Source: Macrostomum hystrix (taxonomy: Eukaryota; Animalia; Platyhelminthes). Taken from it: a DNA stretch of 64,000 nucleotides. Below, one piece after another: positions 46,401 through 58,279 of this stretch. A program made the translations under genes and the position numbers. Below the pieces are notes generated by a model. The model worked only from the letters and a program-made list of their open reading frames with translations. It had not been told where the DNA came from and did no database searches. Position 1 is the stretch's first letter. Every line of letters begins with the position of its first letter. The stretch covers positions 14,818,001 to 14,882,000 of the forward strand of contig CATNEN010000001.1 in assembly GCA_950097015.1 (NCBI GenBank). Reading direction: 5' to 3'.

Positions 46401-49400
46401 CTTCTAAACTATGATATGGGATCTGGGACTTCTCAAAAATGATATGGGATCTGGGACTTCTAAACTATGATATGGGATCTGGGACTTCTAGATCTAGAAG
46501 ATAGATTCATTTGTTTATAGACTAGAACTCACCAGCTCGTTCTGTGCATCAGCTTCACGTTTCTGCTCAGCCAGAATGCTCAGTTGTTTATCTTTGGCTT
46601 TCGAAGCGCTTGTTTCAATAGCGAGTTGCTGTGCAAGCTTGATAAAGGAAAATATTTGATTAGATTGGAGACTGATATCCGATACGATAAGTATAACTAG
46701 GGTGATAAGAGATTCAGATTGGACTGAGTGAGATTAGATGTGAGATTAGACTGAGATATGTTTGAGATTAGACTGAGATATGTTTGAGATTAGACTGAGA
46801 TATGTTTGAGATTAGACTGAGATATGTTTGAGATTAGACTGAGATATGTTTGAGATTAGACTGAGATATGTTTGAGATTAGATTGAGATATGTTTGAGAT
46901 TAGACTGAGATATGTTTGAGATTAGATTGAGATATGTTTGAGATTAGATTGAGATATGTTTGAGATTAGACTGAGATATGTTTGAGATTAGACTGAGATA
47001 TGTTTGAGATTAGATTGAGATATGTTTGAGATTAGATTGAGATATGTTTGAGATTAGACTGAGATAGGTTTGAGATTAGACTGAGATATGTTTGAGATTA
47101 GACTGAGATATGTTTGAGATTAGATTGAGATATGTTTGAGATTAGACTGAGATATGTTTGAGATTAGACTGAGATATGTTTAAGATTAGACTGAGATATG
47201 TTTGAGATTAGATTGAGATATGTTTGAGATTAGACTGAGATAGGTTTGAGATTAGACTGAGATATGTTTGAGAATAGACTGATATATGTTTGAGATTAGA
47301 CTGAGATGGGTTTGAGATTAGACTCAGATAGCACACTCACCTGCTGCAGCTGTGCCTCAGCCTCGGAACTGTATGTCAGTAGCTGCTGTTTAAGAGAAGC
47401 GACTTGCTCATCCTTCGCAACGGATGCTGTCAGTGCAGCGGCCAATTGCTCCTCTAGCTGAGTATTTAGAAAGAAAAAATGAGTCAAATCATATTAAGGA
47501 TACCTTATGCGGGATCACGCGATTGTAGGACTGTACAGAATGCACCAACCATGTCTAGTTTTTCTCTGAAGTCGTCCTTCTTGGCAGCCTTCTTGACGGT
47601 ATCAGTCACGAACGACTCATCGGAACAGCTCCTGTCAGACTGGTTGCCATTGCTGTTGTTTGAATCGCGCCTAGCTGGGCTATAGTCAATAGTCATTCTA
47701 CAGTCAACTCCACGATTGTGCTGCTGAAGCTCCTCGATTTGTTGCTCGAGCTGCTCAATGTGATTGGTCTGGAATGTTTACAAGTACGCAAAATATTTGG
47801 TATTAAAACTCTAGGTCTTACCCTTCCCAAGCCTTCCAAAACTCAGATCCCAAACCTTTCTATTCTTAGATCCCAAAACCATTCGATTCTCAGATCCAAG
47901 CCTTTCCAAAACTCAGAAAACCAGCCTTCTCACTCAAACTGAAATCCCAAACTCTTCCCACATTCCAATCCCCAGCCTTCCTAAACTCAGATCCCAAACA
48001 TTCCCACCATCAAATCCCAAACATTCCCACCATCAAACCCCAAACATTCCCACCATCAAATCCCAAACATTCCCACCATCAAATCCCAAACATTCCCACC
48101 ATCAAATCCCAAACATTCCCACCATCAAATCCCAAACATTCCCACCATCAAATCCCAAACATTCCCACCATCAAATCCCAAACATTCCCACCATCAAATC
48201 CCAAACATTCCCACCATCAAATCCCAAACATTCCCACCATCAAATCCCAAACATTCCCACCATCAAATCCCAAACATTCCCACCATCAGATGCCTTTATT
48301 GCCCCATTCAAATCCCATTACTCCCACCCTCAGATCCCCAAGCTCATTAATGTAGTGCGCATTCCTCACCGCTGCCTCTAGTTCGCTGCTCAGAGCGTCT
48401 CTCTCATTCCTGAGACAGTCCATCATCTCCTGTGAGCAGGCCAATGAAGCGGTCATGGCGCCGACCTCCCGCTGCCTGTTCTCCTGTTCCTCGATGAGTT
48501 CGGCCTCCACTTCGTGACGCAGAAATGAATCATTTGGTCCGAGAGTGGCTCTCATGGCGTTGGTCATAGCCAGGCGGGGAAGCGGTTGCCTAACCATGCT
48601 AATATCGGCAGCTACAATGGCGGATTCAGCTAGTCGGCGCTGCATTTCGCCTATACGTTTGACTCGAATATTCAACTCGGAATCAACAGTCTGTTTGATT
48701 GTGGCACTCTGCTCGAGCAGTTGCCGATTCGCTAACTCTAGTTGCATCTGCAGATTCTCTCGCTCCATGTCCAGGTGAGCTACCTGCTCCTCTAGATTGG
48801 CTTGCTCAGATCTAGCTTCGCCAAGGCTATCCTCTAATGTTGCAATTCGCTCTCTGAGGCTTTTTATTTTCTCTTCGTGGGCTTCGTTAAGACGCTTCTC
48901 TCGATTGTCCGAGATGCGCGACGAAGTGCTGAGGTATTCGCGCAGGCGGGCGTCGTGGCGATCCTGAGAGGTAGTACGACTTAACTATGAATGGATACAC
49001 CCGGCTGATGTCCAAGGTGGGGGTGGATACCCGATCTGATGTCTAGGGTGGGGTGAATACCCGACTGATGTCTATGGTGGGGTGGATACCCGATCTGATG
49101 TCTAGGGTGGGGGTGGATACCCGATCTGATGTCCAAGGTGTGGGTGGATACCCGATCTGATGTCTAGGGTGGGGTGAATACCCGGTCTGATGTTTAGGGT
49201 GGGGGTGGATACCCGACTGATGTCTAGGGTGGGGTGAATACCCGAATGATGTCCAAGGTGGGGGTGGATACCCGATCTGATGTCCAAGGTGGGGGTGGAT
49301 ACCCGATCTGATGTCCAAGGTGGGGGTGGATACCCGATCTGATGTCCAAGGTGTGGGTGGATACCCGATCTGATGTCTAGGGTGGGGTGGATACCCGATC

Positions 49401-52400
49401 TGATGTCCAAGGTGTGGGTGGATACCCGATCTGATGTCTAGGGTGGGGTGGATACCCGACTGATGTCCAAGGTGGGGGTGGATACCCGATCTGATGCCCA
49501 AGGTGGGGGTGGATACCCGATCTGATGCCCAAGGTGGGGGTGGATACCCGATCTGATGTCCAAGGTGGGGGTGGATACCCGATCTGATGTCCAAGGTGGG
49601 GGTGGATACCCGGTCTGATGTCTAGGGTGGGGGTGGATACCCGATCTGATGTCCAAGGTGGGGGTGGATACCCGATCTGATGTCCAAGGTGGGGGTGGAT
49701 ACCCGATCTGATGTCTAGGGTGGGGTGGATACCCGATCTGATGTCTAGGTTGGGGTGAATAACCGGTCTGATGTCTAGGGTGGGGTGAATACCCGACTAT
49801 GTCTAGGGTGGGGTGGATACCCGACTGATGTCTAGGGTGGGGTGAATACCCGACTGATGTCTAGGGTGGGGTGAATACCCGACTATGTCTAGGGTGGGGT
49901 GAATACCCGACTGATGTCTAGGGTCGGGTGGATACCCGACTGATGTCTAGGGTGGGGTGAATACCCGGTCTGATGTCTAGGGTGGGGTGAATACCCGGTC
50001 TGATGTCTAGGGTGGGGGTGGATACCCGATCTGATGTCCAAGGTGTGGGTGGATACCCGATCTGATGTCTAGGGTGGGGTGGATACCCGACTGATGTCCA
50101 AGGTGGGGGTGGATACCCGATCTGATGTCCAAGGTGGGGGTGGATACCCGATCTGATGTCCAAGGTGGGGGTGGATACCCGATCTGATGTCCAAGGTGTG
50201 GGTGGATACCCGATCTGATGTCTAGGGTGGGGTGGATACCCGATCTGATGTCAAAGGTGTGGGTTGATACCCGATCTGATGTCTAGGGTGGGGTGGATAC
50301 CCGACTGATGTCCAAGGTGGGGGTGGATACCCGATCTGATGCCCAAGGTGGGGGTGGATACCCGATCTGATGTCCAAGGTGGGGGTGGATACCCGATCTG
50401 ATGTCCAAGGTGGGGGTGGATACCCGGTCTGATGTCTAGGGTGGGGGTGGATACCCGATCTGATGTCCAAGGTGTGGGTGGATACCCGATCTGATGTCTA
50501 GGTTGGGGTGAATAACCGGTCTGATGTCTAGGGTGGGGTGAATACCCGACTATGTCTAGGGTGGGGTGAATACCCGACTGATGTCTAGGGTGGGGTGAAT
50601 ACCCGACTGATGTCTAGGGTGGGGGTGGATACCCGATCTGATGTCTAGGGTGGGGTGAATACCCGACTGATGTCTAGGGTGGGGTGAATACCCGACTGAT
50701 GTCTAGGGTGGGGTGAATACCCGACTATGTCTAGGGTGGGGTGAATACCCGACTGATGTCTAGGGTGGGGGTGGATACCCGATCTGATGTCTAGGGTGGG
50801 GTGAATACCCGACTGATGTCTAGGGTGGGGTGGATACCCCCCCAATAAACGATTTAGTTTGTCCTCAGCCAAAGTTTTCAGCCATACACACCTCGAGCAG
50901 CTCCTTCTGCTCCTGCATTTGCTGCTCGAATCGCTCCTCCATTTCATTCATGCGGCGGTCTCGCTCGGCGATCAGCTCCCGACGAATGCGCAGCTCGCGC
51001 TCTTCGAAGTCTTCTTCCAGCTGCCGGGCCGACTGACGCAGCGAAGCGATCAGCTTGAGCAGTTGCTGAGCACACGAGTTGGATTAATGCGGTTTTCGTA
51101 ATAAATACAATTCATATAGATAGATAAAACATAGAAGACAGAAGAACCAGATGTAACGAGAAACAACTAGAAGTAACGAGTCAGACAGCCAGAAGTAACG
51201 AGACAGACAACTAGAAGTGACGAGACGGACAGCCAGAAGTAACGAGACAGACAATCAATACAGAGATACAGAGTGGCAGACAGGCAGCGAGACCGACTAA
51301 CCTCATTGTTTAATTGAGCAATATCGGCCATTTCAAATTCGTCCTCATCAACGTAAGTGACTTCGTACTGCTGCTCAGTAATGGACTCTTGTCCAGCCTC
51401 ATTATCGTCGCCGGCCTGTTCGTCATTTTCCTCCACGGTCAGATCGATGATATCAATGACTTCGTTAGTAACGACTGGCGCCGTTGATGGCACACTCGAG
51501 CCAGCATTATTAGCTTCAGTATTTGTTGTCGCCGGTCTGGTAGTCTTTGTAGCCAGCCTAGTAGAGCCAATCGCGATATTTTTAACGCCGTAGCCGGGCG
51601 AAGCGGCATTTGGGGCAGCCAGATGTAGCCGTTGCGGTGTCGGCGCTGTCACGACGATGTTGCTAGCCAGAGCACTGAATCGCAGCACATTAAAGGTCTC
51701 ATCGTAGAGGCTGGCGCACCGGCTGATGTTGACAATCATGGTGGCGCGGCCGCTGCCGCTGAAGTAGGGCTGAATTAGTCTAGTCAGCTTGGATTCGCGA
51801 AACGGCACCAACCTGGCTGTCTTGGGATTCTGCTGATTGTGCTGAAGGGTTTCAATGCATCGCCGAAGTGTCAGCAGGCTGGAATTGATGCTGCCGGCTT
51901 CGCGCACTCGATCGCCGCAGCCTGGCGCAGCTGCTGAATGACCGCCAGTTGAACGCTGACGCTCGGAGCCAGCCAGGTCACAGAATGTCAGACTAGAGAC
52001 CTGGCAGTTAAGGAACCAAATATGCCCAAATTCAGGCGAAATATTCTCACACACGCAGAAGCAAACCTTCACTAGCCAGACATCCATAGAAGCTTCAGGA
52101 GCCAGACATCCATAGAAGCTTCAGGAGCCAATTATCCTCTGATTTTCCGGACCCGTACACTTCCCAAATATTCAGGGGTTAAGTCCTACAAATAACAGTA
52201 TGCTCACACGTTTCAGAAGTCAAAACCAACTCACCACTCCCACATTAGGCGAGTCCCTATCCATGCTGGTGACTAGTCTTATAGCAAACAGCGAGTGACT
52301 CCTAGAGGACTGCTGATTTAATTTTGTAGCGGCCACCTGCTGATTTTGTTTGCCTAGCAACACAAGCCTACAAGCCTCTTTAGCATTGCGCACAGGTAGG

Positions 52401-55400
52401 CAGCGCAGATCCCTGATGTAGAACGATCCAGATCTATCCGATCGAATTTCTAAAGCTGTCCGACTAGGCCTTCGACCTCGCTGTCCGATTGGCTCCAGCA
52501 GATCGTACACAACTTCGTTGTAAATTTCGGCATACGACACCCACACACAGAAACGATACTCCGCAGAGTTTGTTGGAGCATTGTCCGGGTCGGCTGAAAC
52601 ACTGCCATACGACTGGCCGCAGCCAGAATTGCGACGCGAAGCGAAATTCGAACTGCGCGAGTTGTGAAACCTGAAATCAATAGTGGGATTCTAGAATGGG
52701 ATAGTGGGATTCTAGAATGGAATAGTGGAATTCTAGAATGGGATAGTGGAATTCTAGAATGGGATAGTGGGATTCTAGAATGGGATAGTGGAATTCTAGA
52801 ATGGGATAGTGGAATTCTAGAATGGGATAGTGGAATTCTAGAATGGAATAGTGGTATTTGAAGAATTGAATAGTGGAATTCTAGAATGGAATAGTGGAAT
52901 TCTAGAATGGGATAGTGGTATTCTAGAATTGAATAGTGGTATTTGTAGAATTGAATAGTGGAATTCTAGAATGGAATAGTGGAATTCTAGAATGGAATAG
53001 TGGAATTCTGGAAAAATGACTGTAGAATTCGGAAAAAATTCATAGCAAAGAACTTTTATTTACCAAGCCGCGGCCAGACTTTCACCGGTCTCGTCGGATT
53101 TGATCAGCTGTTCGGTCTCTCTAAAAGCGGCTTGGGCATTGCGCTGATCCAGTGGTTCGGCCTGGAGAAAGCTAGTTGGTCGCAACAGTGGCGCCTGCCG
53201 AGAATGGGGCAATAGTCGGCCGCCGATATTAGCAAAGAGGGAGTTTAGGGCGCGCGGCAAGATTCCCGGCTGATCGCTGCTGCCCTAGAAGGGATGAGAG
53301 AGAAACTATTTTTAATAGGGACATATGAGACAGTGGAAGATAAGATATTGGACATATGAGACAGTGGCAGATAAGATACTGGACACACCAGACAGTGGAA
53401 GATAAGATACTGGACACATGAGACAGTGGCAGATAAGATAACATTCTGGATAACTTCTGGACACATGAGACAGTGGCAGATAAGATACTGGACACATGAG
53501 ACAGTGGCAGATAAGATACTGGACACATGAGACAGTGGCAGATAAGATACTGGACATATGAGACAGTGGCAGATAAGATACTGGACATATGAGACAGTGG
53601 AAGATAAGATATTGGACATATGAGACAGTGGAAGATAAGATACTCGACATATGAGACAGTGGCAGATAAGATACTGGACACATGAGACAGTGGCAGATAA
53701 GATACTGGACACATGAGACAGGGGCAGATAAGATACTGGACACATGAGACAGGGGCAGATAAGATACTGGACACATGAGACAGGGGCAGATAAGATACTG
53801 GACACATGAGACAGTGGCAGATAAGATACTGGACACATGAGACAGGGGCAGATAAGATACTGGACACATGAGACAGTGGCAGATAAGATACTGGACACAT
53901 GAGACAGGGGCAGATAAGATACTGGACACATAAGACAGGGGCAGATAAGATACTGGACACATGAGACAGTGGAAGATAAGATACTGGACACATGAGACAG
54001 TGGCAGATAAGATACTGGACACATGAGACAGTGGCAGATAAGATACTGGACATGAGACAGTGGAAGATAAGATACTGGACACATGAGACAGTGGCAGATA
54101 AGATACTGGACACATGAGACAGTGGAAGATAAGATACTGGACACATGAGACAGTGGAAGATAAGATACTGGACACATGAGACAGTGGAAGATAAGATACT
54201 GGACACATGAGACAGTGGAAGATAAGATACTGGACACATGAGACAGTGGCAGATAAGATACTGGACATATGAGACAGTGGCAGATAAGATACTGGACACA
54301 TGAGACAGTGGAATAAGAGACAGCGCGTTCTAAATTCGACCAACCTGAATCGTGTGCGTCTTTCCTGCGCTCGTCACGCCATAGCTAAACACTAGGCCGC
54401 TGTGGCCCTCAATGAGCTGCATGACTAAGTCCGAGACGGTGTCCTCATACATCTGCGCCTGGCTAACCGACTCGTTGAATACCCGAGTAAACGTGAATCT
54501 ATGAGACGTATTTTCGCTATCCCGCTGGCCCGCGGCCTTGGGTCCCGGCGCATTAGTCACAATCGACCTTGGCCCGTCAACCTGAAAGCAGCGCTTCTCT
54601 TCGCCGGCTGCTAGCTCGGCTTCTGTCAGCGGTCGCACTCTGAGATAGACTTTCATCCTGTCTAGACGCGAAGCAGTGGCACAGCTAGCAGTTTTGGAAC
54701 TTGCGTTGACACTGTTGATATTAATAGACGAACCATTTGTTACAGCTGCAGTGGAGGCCGAGCTGGTCTGCTCGCACACGCTGACGTCCAGACTGCTGAA
54801 TCGAAGTCTTTGACGAATCGATTGCAATGGCAGCTGGGCCTCGAGTTCTAGGGGGTCGGGCGGCTGAGGCAGCGGGGCTGCTGCCATGAGCCGGCGACCT
54901 TGCAGCTCAGCCAGGGTGTCTTTTAAAGAGAAAATAAACAAGAGAATGTTGCACCATAAGGATTTGACAAGTCTGAGAGCTTGAATCTGGGACCAGGCAA
55001 CATTTTTTGAGGAGCAGCAGTAGAGAGAAAGTTTTGGGGGCATGAAAAATGTACAGTTCCCTAATACCCAAAGCACAGATGTGATTGTGATTGGGCAGAT
55101 GTGATTCTGCCTGCATATCTATCAGTTTTGCGTGCTTTCAAGATTTAACCGAATGGCCAAATTTAGATAATGCTAACACTTTTATGCCAGTGCCCACATC
55201 CCCACTGGAATTATTCATTATGGTGATAGTGATTCCAAACGATTCGGACACATTAAAAAACACAAATCAGTTTTGTCCCAATAAGGAGTACTGTCTAAAT
55301 TACTGTCTAAATAGCTAGATTTACTGATTTACTGATTTATCACAGTCTAAAAAGATACAAGTCTATAAATTATTTATACTAATGTGTCAATATAAAAAAC

Positions 55401-57831
55401 TGACCAGCTATGCATATTGTCTATTATAAAAAAGCTGACAATAGCTACACATATACACCAATGTCTGTGCAAAATAAACTTTTTTAGAAATTTGAAGTGG
55501 AGTTCTTTTAATATTCTATAAAAATGGTTGATTAAGTTTTTTAAATATATTATGCCTTATCCTGAATATTATTTTTAAAAATTATTAACAATGGCAAGCA
55601 GTTATACCTGGGGTTAACACTATATTATTTTCTGGCATATTCAATATATATAACAAAATCAGCTCTATCAATATACTACATATGCCAATTTTAGTATTAG
55701 CAATGAACAATATACACAGAAGTTATTTTTACACATTTTTAATTATTTTAAGCCTAATTTCCAACCAGAAATTTTGGTCTTTTTGAACTTAATCCTTTAA
55801 AATAGTTCCAGCTTTAGCACATTCAGTTCATCATTTAGTACACATAAATATGTGTCTATATTGGTTCTTAGGGTTGCTGAAAAACTTTTTTGTTTTATCT
55901 AAACAACTACTTTCTATGGAATGGATTTTTTATCACAAGATGACCACACCTTGTGAGATATAGGGAAAAAATACTTTTAGCTGGTTTTAGCTAAAACAAA
56001 CAATTTTAGCTGGCTTTTTGGGAATTACAAAAAATATTAAAATGTAATAGAGTGAAGGGGGACTTATTAAATATTACTCATACTTATTCAAGAATTGGCC
56101 TTAAGACTTTTTTGGGTTACCCAATACATAGGAATACCATAGTAAGTGAGGCATTACGTTTTAAAGGTTTCTGAGTTAGGTAAATTTTATGTGATGTAAG
56201 AAAAATAAAAAGGCTTAAACTTTAATTGTGGGATATGTCCTACTAAAGATAAAATTATTTATTTATTATAGAGTAAGAAAGACTTTTGGCGGTATCCAAA
56301 TATATATGCATCAGAAACTTTTACAATAAAAAAATGATAGCAACTACATCATACATGCGCAACCTCCCAAATCTTAGCCGGCCGTGCGACTTAGTTTTTG
56401 CTCTCATTTGCGACTTAGTTCGTTTCATTGCTCTATTTACGACTTAGTTTGCTCTCATTTGCTCTTTTTCTCTCCCCTTTTTCCTTTTCTTCACGCCTTC
56501 CTTTTTTGTCCCTTGGTCCCCCCTTTGATTTTTTTGCGCTTGGTCGATTGGTTTTTGCGACTTACCTTGCTTGGCCCTCGTTTCACCCGGCCGGTTCGGC
56601 CGGGTCGGCCGGGTGTTGCGCATGTATGAACTACATTCTTCCAATGAAGCTGATACTTATTTTGTTTGCTAATTTTTTAATTTCATAGACAATTATTGTT
56701 TTTTTAATTAGGTTAAATCAGACTAGTTTTCACTTAACTTTTCATAAAACTATGTCTATGATCAAACACCAACTTTACAAAACATTTTTCTAAGTTTACA
56801 GGTAAACTACAACAGATTGTCAACAACCCTATTTTCTATTGGGTCATAACCTATTGGAAAACCAAAAATATTTTATAGGATTAAAGTTAAAGAAGCCCAA
56901 AATTTCAGGCATATTCAACATTAAATGTACTATGGAAACTAGTCAGTGCTAGCCTACTATTCAGTGGATCAAATGTGACAAAGAAAAATTAAGTTTTTTT
57001 TTCTTTAAGATTATATTATATTTAATTTAATTTCTAAGCACAAAATAAAAGACAGTACACTACAAAATATAAAATTGAAGTGGATTTACTATGCAAGCAA
57101 GATGAGTAGATACTAAAAAAGCATTAGGATTAGGCCTATAATCTCAAAAAAGTTATGTTGCCAGTTGGGAACAGCATTTGGAATTTGACAAATGTCTAAC
57201 TTTATATAGCAAGTACCAAAATAGGCCTAAACAAAAAAGTTACTGCCTTATTTTTTTACAGTTACAAAAGTTACTGTTTACTTTTTTTATTTACTTTTAT
57301 ATCTTATTAAAAATTGTGTCACTAAATGCTTTAAAATACTATTGTCTTTAAATTGGTCATAGGGGCCTATTTCAACACATTTAGCAATTTTAACTAATAT
57401 ACAGTCATTATCAATTATACTAAAAAAGAAAAGTGTGGGTCAATTCACTCAAAGTGGCCTTGTTGTTGTTCTAGCAAATGTGTTGTCCGATTTATAGATT
57501 TTTTCTAGTTGAGTTACTTAAATTGCGTATACAGATAAGGTTAGGCCTCAGAGACTTTGACAATGACAACGTAGTTGGAGAGATTAGTAGCTTTAGCTAG
57601 GCCTACTAAAACTACAAAATATTCTTAGGCAAGCAAAACTAGTCCTAGGCTCTAGCAAAGTAATAAAAACTGGACATAAAACATATTATATAAAACTGGA
57701 TATAAACACACCACTTAACGTTTCCTACTTTGTAAATTGCAATGCTGAGTAAGGAACTAGAAACAATGTATTTATCAAGTTAAAGTTAAACGGAATAATA
57801 AAAAGCACTCACTCGTTGGATCATGTTCCAT
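34440..57831 (-). CDS. KIF20B: Kinesin-6 family motor (KIF20A/KIF20B, MKLP2/MPP1-like) with long coiled-coil stalk, about 2,145 aa, 32 exons
   Basis: Motor motifs MKVYLRVRP, FTFTRVF, GLVFSYGVTSAGKTHTIQG (P-loop, kinesin-6-type GVT), PGILPRALNSLF, long loop-6 insert, VWVSYAEIYNEVVYDLL, NQQSSRSHS, CDLAGSER, EAGSINSSLLTL, VPFRESKLTRLIQ, YDETFNVLRFSALA. Exons: 57831-57813, 54919-54345, 53284-53064, 52670-52235, 52000-51302, 51065-50892, 48963-48328, 47768-47550, 47457-47341, 46637-46533, 44489-44364, 44293-44159, 44076-44044, 43963-43829, 43675-43586, 43490-43356, 42710-42582, 42493-42359, 42205-42116, 42020-41886, 40753-40637, 40547-40431, 40315-40199, 40116-39991, 39472-39419, 39332-39216, 38875-38759, 37639-37523, 37439-37323, 36463-36062, 35777-35371, 34725-34440 (6,438 nt). 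Family assignment is firm; A versus B orthology is not. Confidence 0.9.
34786..35341. repeat. 22/31-bp minisatellite (TGAGGGAAGGGTGGATGGAATC with or without TGAGGATC) in the last kinesin intron
   Basis: Direct tandem copies. Confidence 0.93.
35840..36030 (+). mobile_element. SINE A fragment followed by a CORE-like SINE C fragment
   Basis: GTGTACACAGCCTGACGATGAGAAAG..CAGATGTACACACC, then GGTTCGATTCCC...GCAAGACACTT...CAGCTGTTGAATGGGT. Confidence 0.55.
36513..37282. repeat. 23-bp minisatellite (ACCCTATTCCATCTACCCCTCTC)
   Basis: Intronic tandem array. Confidence 0.95.
37748..39205. repeat. 37-bp minisatellite (TAGCATTTGAGTAGCTAGGGATTAGGACATTGGGAAG), in two blocks separated by a duplicated exon
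   Basis: Blocks 37748-38747 and 38906-39205. Confidence 0.95.
40837..41850. repeat. 29-bp minisatellite (GGTAAGCCTTTGACCCAGCTGAATGTCAT) grading into a related 38-bp unit
   Basis: The 38-bp unit GAATGTCATGGAAGGTCATTGACCCAACTGAATGTAAT recurs at about 42880-43320. Confidence 0.93.
41740..43962. repeat. Segmental tandem duplication (1470-bp offset) containing three kinesin stalk exons
   Basis: About 41740-42492 is nearly identical to about 43210-43962, introns included, with only a handful of substitutions. Confidence 0.9.
44570..46490. repeat. 28-bp minisatellite (GGGATCTGGGACTTCTAAACTATGATAT)
   Basis: About 68 tandem units, intronic. Confidence 0.96.
46741..47330. repeat. 22-bp minisatellite (GAGATTAGACTGAGATATGTTT)
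   Basis: Intronic tandem array. Confidence 0.95.
47990..48287. repeat. 23-bp minisatellite (AAATCCCAAACATTCCCACCATC)
   Basis: Intronic tandem array with degenerate units upstream. Confidence 0.95.
49003..50840. repeat. 28-31-bp G-rich minisatellite (GATGTCCAAGGTGGGGGTGGATACCCGATCT)
   Basis: About 60 units, intronic. Confidence 0.95.
51302..54919 (-). CDS. KIF20B: Kinesin motor domain exons (exons 2-5 of the KIF20-like gene)
   Basis: P-loop GVTSAGKT, switch I SSRSH and switch II DLAGSE are all intact across phase-compatible splice junctions. Confidence 0.93.
52680..53010. repeat. 21-bp minisatellite (ATAGTGGAATTCTAGAATGGG)
   Basis: Intronic tandem array in the motor region. Confidence 0.93.
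53319..54312. repeat. 31-bp minisatellite (GACACATGAGACAGTGGCAGATAAGATACTG)
   Basis: About 32 units, intronic; source of the three overlapping CVQYLICHCLMCP pseudo-ORFs. Confidence 0.96.
56350..56628. mobile_element. hAT-type MITE in kinesin intron 1
   Basis: 14-bp perfect TIR CATACATGCGCAAC / GTTGCGCATGTATG; 8-bp TSD AACTACAT at 56342-56349 and 56629-56636; internal repeats GCGACTTAGTT and CGGCCG. Confidence 0.88.
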
Positions 57832-58279
57832 TGATTAGGACTCAAAATAAAGTTCAAATATAAAGCTGGCGACAGTTGAATATAATAATAAAGTGCCAGT
57901 CGTTTCGTCTGCTGCCAGACGTCTTAACTTTCCCGATTGACATGTGACGACATGTTCATTTATCGTAGCCGTACAATTCTTGTAAATACTATCTTTTTTT
58001 CTTATTATAACAATACAGTATCAGAAATATTATGTACGGTACACTATTCTGGTTTTTATTTAGTACTTCACTCTTCATATGTAATTACAAGCTTTTTGCC
58101 TTACATTTATTTTATTCTGTGAGTAGAATTTGGCTCTGACCTTGACCCTATCTGAACAGAAGCCAATAATTTTTTTAAATCAAGAGGCTTTTATCTATCA
58201 CTGAAGTATCCTGCTTTTAATAATTTAATTTTCGCACATTTGCTAATATATTTGAAAAGACTGGGGTGTACTACACATT

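Noticed and set aside
49043-50947. DIRSGIHPHLGHQ repeat ORFs
   Set aside because: Artefacts of an intronic minisatellite.
30988-54312. Regular 20-44-bp arrays as CRISPR arrays
   Set aside because: Units are head-to-tail with no unique spacers, lie in or beside a spliced eukaryotic gene, and no cas genes are present.
53229-54343. Three overlapping 330-356-aa Cys-rich ORFs
   Set aside because: Translation artefacts of the 31-bp minisatellite in kinesin intron 2; the flanking exons join TIQ|GSSDQPG correctly without them.
57853-57936. CHR (TTTGAA, minus strand 57858-57853) and E2F-like TTTCCCG near the kinesin start
   Set aside because: Plausible for a mitotic gene, but such short motifs are expected by chance in AT-rich DNA and the TSS is unknown.
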